In this document: one piece after another, positions 1 to 5,306 of the stretch
Layout: every line of letters starts with the position of its first letter
How positions within the stretch are numbered: the first letter of the stretch is position 1
IMG/VR virus record: IMGVR_UViG_2740892112_000004
Coordinates: 1 to 10,733 of that record
Strand: one strand, 5' to 3'
Length of the DNA stretch: 10,733 nt
From: a virus
Lineage: Duplodnaviria > Heunggongvirae > Uroviricota > Caudoviricetes
The notes under the pieces: generated by a model
Database searches by the model: none
What the model was told of the DNA's origin: nothing
What the model saw: only the letters and a program-made list of their open reading frames with translations
Program-made: the position numbers and the translations under genes

Positions 1-165
1 ATGGCAAAGCCGATCATCACGCTCAATGGCCTAAAAATCGTCATTATGTTGGGAATGCTGGTCATTATTCTCTGCGGTATCCGTTTTGCCGCCGAGATTA
101 TCGTGCCGTTTATTCTCGCATTATTTATTGCTGTTATATATAACTCATTTCACTTAACACATTGA
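1..165 (+). pseudogene. 5' fragment of a membrane-transporter gene (N-terminus resembles AI-2E family exporter TqsA/YdgG as I recall it); probable chromosome/element junction
   Basis: ATG at 1, 46 codons of strongly hydrophobic sequence ([46 protein letters not shown]), then the frame changes character (YNSFHLTH) and stops at 163-165. AT-rich non-coding DNA follows. Family assignment is from memory. Confidence 0.45.
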
Positions 166-211
166 TTTAATTAAATAATTTTCACTACAAAAAGTGCCAT
201 AAATCGCAAAA

Positions 212-233
212 TGACTACACCAGTGACTACACC
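212..233 (+). repeat. Tandem direct repeat TGACTACACC x2 (12-bp period); candidate integrase arm-type sites
   Basis: tgactacacc at 212-221 and again at 224-233, about 75-95 bp from the putative junction; a related tcactacaa lies at 182-190. Function is inferred only. Confidence 0.3.
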
Positions 234-342
234 GTTCGGTGCACTGTATGAAACAACGTGGAACAAATAGACACAAGAAATATACAGGCGGGTCATCTTT
301 CCAGGGGGAAGCGCGCTAATTCATGAGGGGCGTTAATGTTGA

Positions 343-358
343 TATGGGGATCCCCATA
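343..358. repeat. 16-bp perfect palindrome TATGGGGATCCCCATA
   Basis: Read directly. A second hairpin follows at 367-384 (ACCGGA, T6 loop, TCCGGT). Confidence 0.5.
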
Positions 359-550
359 ACGGGGCTACCGGATTTTTTTCCGGTTAACTGTTAATCAGGC
401 TGGTGGGCTTTACCTGTTTTGTAGGAGTGGTCATTATGACCATTCAGACAATGACCTTAATCAGAACTTTTCGCTAAAAAATGGCGTTGGTCACGTCGTC
501 CGGAAAGCACAAAATCCCGTCAATTTTTAATTAACGGTTAAACCGTCTTT

Positions 551-600
551 TGTCACGGCGTGTCACTGGTTGTCACTCTCCGTCACGGTATGTCGCTACT
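551..600 (+). repeat. Five head-to-tail 10-bp units each beginning (T/C)GTC(A/G)C; candidate protein-binding array
   Basis: tgtcacggcg / tgtcactggt / tgtcactctc / cgtcacggta / tgtcgctact at exactly 10-bp phasing, ending just before the stop codon of the 603-884 ORF. Confidence 0.5.
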
Positions 601-602
601 CG

Positions 603-884
603 TTAACGCCGTAACCGCTCCGGCTTCTTCCAGTGGTACGTAATTTTCTCCGTTTCCCGATACAGTGCCACGCGGCGATTGTAGGCCAGCATTTCAAGAA
701 CGCGGATCCGTATGTTGCGCATATCCACATCATTAAGCTGGATACCATCACGGCGCATCACCTCAGCAACCACACGCGCGTAATTTTCGGCGGTCACGCT
801 GTCCGGCTGCGTGGCCTGTTCGTCATGCTGCTGGCTGATTCCGGTAACGCGGCGGATTAATCCCAGTAGTTCGGCTTCTGTCAT
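603..884 (-). CDS. Hypothetical protein, 93 aa
   Basis: ORF with a GGGGG Shine-Dalgarno about 5 nt upstream of the ATG at 884. No family recognised. Confidence 0.5.
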   Translation of the reverse strand: MTEAELLGLIRRVTGISQQHDEQATQPDSVTAENYARVVAEVMRRDGIQLNDVDMRNIRIRVLEMLAYNRRVALYRETEKITYHWKKPERLRR

Positions 885-920
885 TGTGCCCCCATCGCTC
901 TGATAGTCTGGTGTCGTCGG

Positions 921-1115
921 GTCCTTCCTGGAATTATGGCCCGTTACGGGGCGGCGACCTCGCGGTTTTTATCTGTTTATGAAAATTTTTCTGGAAAAAG
1001 CATGTCGGTACTTCTCGAACATAACTATTTGTTTTTAAATAGATACACAATAAAAAGAAACGACACGGTAATCATCTAAAATGGCGATTTATGACGCTTT
1101 CATGTCGTTTCTCAG
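921..1115 (+). other. Lambda-type cos site, copy A: cosQ-like flank, cosN (GGGCGGCGACCT at 949-960), and a cosB with R3/I1/R2/R1-like layout
   Basis: ccgttacgGGGCGGCGACCTcgcggtttttatctgtttatgaaaatttttctgg matches my recollection of the lambda cohesive-end region. R-site-like motifs: catgtcggtacttctc (1001-1016) and catgtcgtttctc (1101-1113) direct, agaaacgacacg (1055-1066) inverted, with an AT-rich IHF-like stretch between. Confidence 0.8.
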
Positions 1116-1139
1116 TTTTGTTCAATAATTGCGCGTCTG

Positions 1140-1682
1140 TTACTCGCCTTTCTTCTGTAGCAACTTTTCCGGTACGTTTCCGGTTGTTTCTTTCAAGTAA
1201 TCAGCCAGTATCTGTGGGAGGTTGTCGGCAACTCTGGCACTGGCATTACAGGCTTTAACCACTTCCCTTTTAAGCCTATCCAGCATGGCGGGGGTAATCT
1301 GTGGGAAGCTCCTTTGCATAGTAAGCGGGAGGCTGTCCATGATTGATGAAATCTGACTCGCCAGCTTTGAAAGCGCGTACAGGCAAAACTCAGTATCAAT
1401 CACGTCACCGCGATCGCGCTCGTTTTTAAGTTCCTGCGCCTCCGCCTGTGCTGTCAGTAATCTGATCCTGACTCGTAAGAGTTCATCATCATCAATATCG
1501 CCTTTGTCGTTTGTAAGCTGGCTAATTGCATTGTTAACCCTATTGTCTATCACGCTGGCAACATCGTAAAACGCCTCACGGCCTTTACGTTCAACGGGAG
1601 TCACTCCCCACTTGTCGAACGCTGTCGCACTTACACGGCAGCTTTTCGCCATGTTTTTTTTGTTCATCAGGTGCGATTTCAT
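1140..1682 (-). CDS. Terminase small subunit, lambda Nu1-like (175-180 aa; start could be 1682 or the Met at 1667)
   Basis: Full-length resemblance to lambda Nu1 as I recall it. N-terminal NKK..A......V.....W............G.E..YD.A.VI and central/C-terminal LTAQAEAQELKNERD ... TEFCLYALSKLASQISSIMDSLPLTMQRSFP. Similar length (Nu1 is 181 aa). No clear SD at either candidate start. Confidence 0.8.
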   Translation of the reverse strand: MKSHLMNKKNMAKSCRVSATAFDKWGVTPVERKGREAFYDVASVIDNRVNNAISQLTNDKGDIDDDELLRVRIRLLTAQAEAQELKNERDRGDVIDTEFCLYALSKLASQISSIMDSLPLTMQRSFPQITPAMLDRLKREVVKACNASARVADNLPQILADYLKETTGNVPEKLLQKKGE

Positions 1683-1683
1683 T

Positions 1684-1721
1684 AATACACCAACTTAATT
1701 ACTGCTTCAGGTTGGTGTATT
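1684..1721. promoter_or_regulatory. 11-bp perfect inverted repeat (AATACACCAAC ... GTTGGTGTATT, 16-bp spacer) abutting the terS start codon
   Basis: Read directly; complementary arms at 1684-1694 and 1711-1721. Confidence 0.35.
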
Positions 1722-1789
1722 GTTTGCATCTTTCCCTTTTCATTCATAAAGATAGAGCAAACAACAAAACCACCACCCCCCTGAAAAGG

Positions 1790-1850
1790 CTCATAAATAG
1801 CGAAAAACCGCGAGGTCGCCGCCCCGTAACGGGTCCATATGCCGGAAAGG
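1790..1850 (-). other. Lambda-type cos site, copy B (inverted relative to copy A): cosQ-like flank plus cosN (minus-strand GGGCGGCGACCT = plus 1813-1824), no recognisable R sites
   Basis: Minus strand reads tatgggtcctttccggcatatggacccgttacgGGGCGGCGACCTcgcggtttttcgctatttatga. About 85% identical to copy A over roughly 70 bp. Sequence beyond that, toward terS, diverges and lacks GTCGTTTC-type motifs. Confidence 0.75.
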
Positions 1851-1856
1851 ACCCAT

Positions 1857-1880
1857 AAAAAAAAGCCGGATTTCTCCGGC
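1857..1880 (-). terminator. Intrinsic terminator after the capsid operon
   Basis: Minus strand: GCCGGA-GAAA-TCCGGC hairpin followed by T8, immediately after the stop of the 1887-2300 ORF. Confidence 0.6.
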
Positions 1881-1886
1881 CTTGTC

Positions 1887-2300
1887 TCAGATGGTTTTCA
1901 GTATGCGATCGATGTCGCCGTCATCGCCCTGGTTTCTGCCATCGTATGCCATGCCAGCTGATACGGCTTGCGGGCTGTGCATGTCCATAAAGTTTTCAAA
2001 GGCTGCAGTAAGTTCCGGCGCAACCTTCGGACGTTCCTGCTCTATGGTCATGCTAAGGATGCTTTTAGCCGTACCAACATCGATACAAGGCACGTTTGCC
2101 ATTGCACGTAACAGCGGCTGATAGTCGCCAGATTCATCAAGCGCCATAATCGCATCAGCGCGCGGCTTGTCCTGCTCTTCCAGTTTGTTTAGTTGATATA
2201 CGGCCTCATAGGTTGATAAACCTCTGTCAGCCATTGCCCGCGCTTCGGCTTTAAATTTACTCGCCAGCGGTAGCGTCATGATGCTTTCATTCGTTGCCAT
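1887..2300 (-). CDS. Hypothetical protein, 137 aa (possibly head or packaging accessory by position)
   Basis: ORF with AGGGGGAA SD 4-5 nt upstream of ATG at 2300; last gene of the capsid operon. No family recognised. Confidence 0.5.
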   Translation of the reverse strand: MATNESIMTLPLASKFKAEARAMADRGLSTYEAVYQLNKLEEQDKPRADAIMALDESGDYQPLLRAMANVPCIDVGTAKSILSMTIEQERPKVAPELTAAFENFMDMHSPQAVSAGMAYDGRNQGDDGDIDRILKTI

Positions 2301-2312
2301 CGTTCCCCCTGC

Positions 2313-2648
2313 TTATCGGGCCAGCGGCTGAACGGATACGCCAGAACCCGCAAAGGCGGCGCATTTTTTCGCATCGGTGTCGACGCTCTCAGGCCAGTTA
2401 ACGGCGGCAATATTGAATATCCCCGTCTTGTAACACTGTGCTGATTTCTGCTTTGACGTGTCCACAGGGTACGAGGTCAGATAAACAGCCTTGCCAGATT
2501 CCTTACCATCCCACGGCTTAAACTCGCCATTGTCCGCCAGCATCAGCGGGGTAAATTCCTGAATAACGCCAGCATCAGCGGCAAAATGTACCAGCGTCGT
2601 GGCGACCTGCTGACTGCCTGCAAATAACTCAATGTATGGAGTGTCCAT
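2313..2648 (-). CDS. Head decoration protein, lambda gpD-like (111 aa)
   Basis: Motifs matching my recollection of lambda gpD: TPLMLAD, WDG, CYKTGIF, WPESVDTDAKKCAAFAGSGVSV (lambda: [38 protein letters not shown]). Similar length. GGGGGA SD. Confidence 0.75.
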   Translation of the reverse strand: MDTPYIELFAGSQQVATTLVHFAADAGVIQEFTPLMLADNGEFKPWDGKESGKAVYLTSYPVDTSKQKSAQCYKTGIFNIAAVNWPESVDTDAKKCAAFAGSGVSVQPLAR

Positions 2649-2659
2649 AGAATCCCCCG

Positions 2660-3715
2660 TTAACCAATTTTGACGGTAACAAATTTACGAATATCTGCCG
2701 GAACCGGCTGCGGTGCGCTGTGCGTCTGCACGTACTCAATCGCCGGATCGCCGTCCCCAATCCAGTTTTTCGGGTAAAACATGTTTTGCGTTGCGCCCGT
2801 TCTTACTGCGTCCTGATCCATAATCGCACCATAGGCCACCAGCCCTTTATTGTTGGTGTTGCCCAGAACCAGCAAATCAGGCTCAAGGAAATATTTTTCT
2901 GTGCCGTCGCTGTCAGTGTATTTGCCGGAATAGACGATAAGGGCAATATCGCCCAGATAGCCTTTAAAGCTCACCACTTCGCCCAGGTTTTTACAGGCCA
3001 GTTCGGCGGCGGACTCTGAACCACGGGAAAGATCGTACAGCTCACGGAATTTTTTAAAGCTGCGTAACGTGCGCCATACCTCAGCGCCCATAATCATGAC
3101 GTTTGCGGGGCAACCAGCCTGATCAGCATAAAGCTCGATGTCATAGATTGGGTCGTGCATGTCTTTATCCTGCTCGGACCATTTTTTACCCTTGGCCTGC
3201 TCTATGATGCAGTTTTCCGGTATTTTCCAGTCGATTTCATAGCGTTCTATGCCTTCGCCCTCAATGATGTTTTTTCCGGTCGTTATCGCATTCACCGCCA
3301 GCCATTCCACGCGCGCTTTAATGGCGTTTACCTGGCGGCGCATGTTGCCAGTAATCAGGCGCATACGGCGGTAGGTAGGGTCGTTAAGCTGTGCCGGATC
3401 TTCTCCAGCCATGCGCATGATGGTTTTCGTTGGATCGATTTCGTGCTTTGGCTTCATGTAGCCAGGTTTAATTGTGCTGGTTTCGTACCCTTTATCGCGC
3501 TGTACCTGGCTGCCAACCATAGGCGAACAAAACGCCGACATGGTGACTTCTTCAATGTCCAGGGTATCCAGCATGATGTTTTGCGTGCTGAATGTCGCCA
3601 CGTTCGGGAAAAACAGCGTAGTAAACAGAGGGTTGAATTTAAAATCCGCAATATCCCCGCGATTCAGGTACATGAAAAGCTGGTTAGTGTTAAGTGCCGT
3701 TGCTTTGCCTGTCAT
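2660..3715 (-). CDS. Major capsid protein, lambda gpE-like (351 aa)
   Basis: Collinear similarity to lambda gpE as I recall it: FKFNPLF..LFF, PGYMKPKHEIDP, DPTYRRMRLI, VSFKGYLGDIALIVYSGKY, LVLGNT, YPKNW..GDPA, SAP. GGGGGTGA SD. Start overlaps the upstream stop (TAATG). Confidence 0.8.
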   Translation of the reverse strand: MTGKATALNTNQLFMYLNRGDIADFKFNPLFTTLFFPNVATFSTQNIMLDTLDIEEVTMSAFCSPMVGSQVQRDKGYETSTIKPGYMKPKHEIDPTKTIMRMAGEDPAQLNDPTYRRMRLITGNMRRQVNAIKARVEWLAVNAITTGKNIIEGEGIERYEIDWKIPENCIIEQAKGKKWSEQDKDMHDPIYDIELYADQAGCPANVMIMGAEVWRTLRSFKKFRELYDLSRGSESAAELACKNLGEVVSFKGYLGDIALIVYSGKYTDSDGTEKYFLEPDLLVLGNTNNKGLVAYGAIMDQDAVRTGATQNMFYPKNWIGDGDPAIEYVQTHSAPQPVPADIRKFVTVKIG

Positions 3716-3921
3716 TATTCACCCCCGTGAACCTGATTCATACCCAGCGCCGCGCGTAAATAGGCGCGTACCTGCCAGCCTGTTGACGGCTCAACCATCG
3801 CCAGCGGATCAAGTCCTGCCGCAATGCCTGCTTTTACGTTCTGCTGGTGGCGTTCCTTGAGCGCCTTCACGATGTCGGGGCTGATGTACACCGAAACACC
3901 GCCTTTTTTCTCTTCAGCCAT
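3715..3921 (-). CDS. Hypothetical protein, 68 aa, first gene of the capsid operon
   Basis: ORF with AGAGGAA SD; stop overlaps the capsid gene start, suggesting translational coupling. No family recognised. Confidence 0.5.
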   Translation of the reverse strand: MAEEKKGGVSVYISPDIVKALKERHQQNVKAGIAAGLDPLAMVEPSTGWQVRAYLRAALGMNQVHGGE

Positions 3922-3944
3922 AGTAAGAAATTCCTCTTTGACTT

Positions 3945-3980
3945 AAAAAATCATAACTGGATGTTCATCCAGTTATGATT
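3945..3980 (-). terminator. 32-bp palindrome (15-bp perfect arms, 2-bp spacer, 3949-3980) followed on the minus strand by a U-run; terminator/attenuator or operator
   Basis: aatcataactggatg tt catccagttatgatt read directly; the minus-strand hairpin is followed by about 6 T. Confidence 0.45.
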
Positions 3981-4086
3981 ATAATCATGATTGCATTTTG
4001 TGCAATGATATTGAGTTGCGTTGCAAATTATGAAATGATTATCCCGATCATGTGTGTCAGTGCACCAAAAAACCTCATATGCAAAA

Positions 4087-4125
4087 GCCCGATAAGATGC
4101 CTCCTGTACTTATCGGGCTTTTTTT
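4087..4125 (+). terminator. Intrinsic terminator (stronger on the plus strand)
   Basis: GCCCGATAAG, 12-nt loop, CTTATCGGGC, then T7 at 4119-4125. Confidence 0.5.
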
Positions 4126-4131
4126 GGGTAC

Positions 4132-4153
4132 AAAAAAGCCGGATTACTCCGGC
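4132..4153 (-). terminator. Intrinsic terminator immediately after the perC-like gene
   Basis: Minus strand: GCCGGA-GTAA-TCCGGC followed by T6, starting 7 nt after the stop at 4160-4162. Confidence 0.6.
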
Positions 4154-4159
4154 TGTTGA

Positions 4160-4432
4160 TTAGCTGTCTGGGTAATTACGCCATATTTCATCGCTTACAC
4201 CATCTATACCCATTTCAGCATAAGTGCGATCTACTGCCTTTCTCAGGTCTCCGAAGTTATCCGGCGGCTCCGGTGGCTTCTGTGCCTTCCTGGAACATTC
4301 CAGCCGTCGCATCGTAACCTGATGCCGTTCCTTGTCTGTCTCCACCAGCAGCATGACTTCACCCCATCGCGCCGATGCCCTCCGGTAAAAGCCTTTTGCC
4401 TCGAGTTCCTCCGCTATGCGGTCATGTACCAT
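4160..4432 (-). CDS. PerC-family transcriptional regulator-like protein (90 aa; start at internal Met 4432 of the 4160-4552 ORF)
   Basis: MVHDRIAEELEAKGFYRRASARWGEVM fits the PerC-family N-terminal pattern as I recall it. GGGGGTGA SD 4 nt upstream of the 4432 ATG, which lies directly after the ssb stop; the longer ORF would overlap ssb by 110 nt. Confidence 0.5.
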   Translation of the reverse strand: MVHDRIAEELEAKGFYRRASARWGEVMLLVETDKERHQVTMRRLECSRKAQKPPEPPDNFGDLRKAVDRTYAEMGIDGVSDEIWRNYPDS

Positions 4433-4442
4433 CGTCACCCCC

Positions 4443-4853
4443 TCAGAACGGAATATCATCACCGTAGGGGTCATCGTCTCCCGCTGGTGGCTGATTACCC
4501 TGTGTGCCTGTGGTTTTGCGTCTGTTCCCGCCAGGACGTGCCGCACGGGCACTGATTACGCTGTCTGCAATAACCTGATAACCCTGCCGCGTTTCCCCGT
4601 TCTGTCCGGTCCACTGGCTGACCTGCATCGTGCCGGATACGCTGGCAACGTCGCCTTTTTGATGTTTAGCCAGGAAGTCGGCCTGCTTACCAAATGCGAT
4701 GACCGATAGCCATAACGTAGCCTGCCCATCCTGCGCCTGACTACATGGCAACGATACCGCCATACGTGCCAGCGTCATTGGTGTGCCCTTGCTGGTCTGT
4801 TTTACCTGCGGGTCGTCCACCAGCCGCCCGTAAGCTGCTATCTGTGCTGTCAT
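4443..4853 (-). CDS. ssb: Single-stranded DNA-binding protein (136 aa)
   Basis: OB-fold SSB pattern with the hallmark acidic C-terminal tip DDDPYGDDIPF. GGAGAGGTGG SD. ATGA start/stop overlap with the upstream gene. Confidence 0.85.
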   Translation of the reverse strand: MTAQIAAYGRLVDDPQVKQTSKGTPMTLARMAVSLPCSQAQDGQATLWLSVIAFGKQADFLAKHQKGDVASVSGTMQVSQWTGQNGETRQGYQVIADSVISARAARPGGNRRKTTGTQGNQPPAGDDDPYGDDIPF

Positions 4854-5101
4854 GATTCCACCTCTCCGGTTTTAACGTTGATGGTTGTCACCTGTTCAGC
4901 TTCCGCAATCTCCCGCTCTGTCAGCGTGGCAAAATTTGCCGCCGTCGTGGTCATGAATGCGCTTATCAGTTCGGGATGTGCTTTCGCGTATCCTTCCCCC
5001 GCGTGGCGGTCTATCGTTCTGATTGCCACCTTTAAGGCGTGCTCTGTCATGTCTAACGCTTTATATTTTGGCTCTGTTCTGTCTCTGTGTTTTTGAGTCA
5101 T
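4850..5101 (-). CDS. Hypothetical protein, 83 aa (start at internal Met 5101 of the 4850-5233 ORF)
   Basis: GAGGTGG SD before the 5101 ATG. The N-terminal extension of the longer ORF is a translation of the iteron repeats and is probably not coding. Confidence 0.45.
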   Translation of the reverse strand: MTQKHRDRTEPKYKALDMTEHALKVAIRTIDRHAGEGYAKAHPELISAFMTTTAANFATLTEREIAEAEQVTTINVKTGEVES

Positions 5102-5102
5102 T

Positions 5103-5306
5103 TGCCCACCTCTACCCACTTTTTTCGCCCACTTTTTACGTTTTCCCACTTCGTCCAACGTGGGAAATTTGGGATTTATATCATCTTGTTTCATAGGTAT
5201 TTTTTTAGTGCCCACTTTTTGGGATATATACACGTGGGAAAGTGGGTAATTTTGTTAAAATTCCGTTAAATCACCCACCTTTCCCACTTTTAATGCCCAC
5301 TTTTTA
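5103..5306. repeat. Iteron array, putative replication origin: at least 8 direct and 3 inverted copies of (G)CCCAC(TTTTT) with AT-rich spacers
   Basis: Direct copies near 5104, 5115, 5128, 5145, 5211, 5274, 5283, 5296; inverted GTGGGAAA/GTGGGTAA near 5160, 5234, 5242. Lies immediately 3' of the helicase gene. Confidence 0.6.

Noticed and set aside
633-860. 75-aa plus-strand ORF opposite the 93-aa gene
   Set aside because: Begins at a GTG with no Shine-Dalgarno, whereas the minus-strand 603-884 ORF has a GGGGG SD like other genes in the element.
1193-2121. ORFs 1193-1399 (minus) and 1882-2121 (plus)
   Set aside because: Alternative-frame or antisense ORFs inside the Nu1-like gene and the 137-aa gene.
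2720-3860. Plus-strand ORFs 2720-3019, 3155-3730 and 3474-3860
   Set aside because: All lie antisense within the well-supported gpE-like capsid gene, lack ribosome-binding sites and have no recognisable motifs.
3975-4163. 62-aa plus-strand ORF in the perC-capsid spacer
   Set aside because: Runs through two terminator hairpins and is a translation of AT-rich palindromic DNA. The interval is more plausibly regulatory or a small RNA than coding.
551-5306. Possibility that the repeat arrays at 551-600 and 5103-5306 are CRISPR arrays
   Set aside because: Units are only 8-11 bp with no regular unique spacers and copies occur in both orientations; this is iteron/operator architecture.
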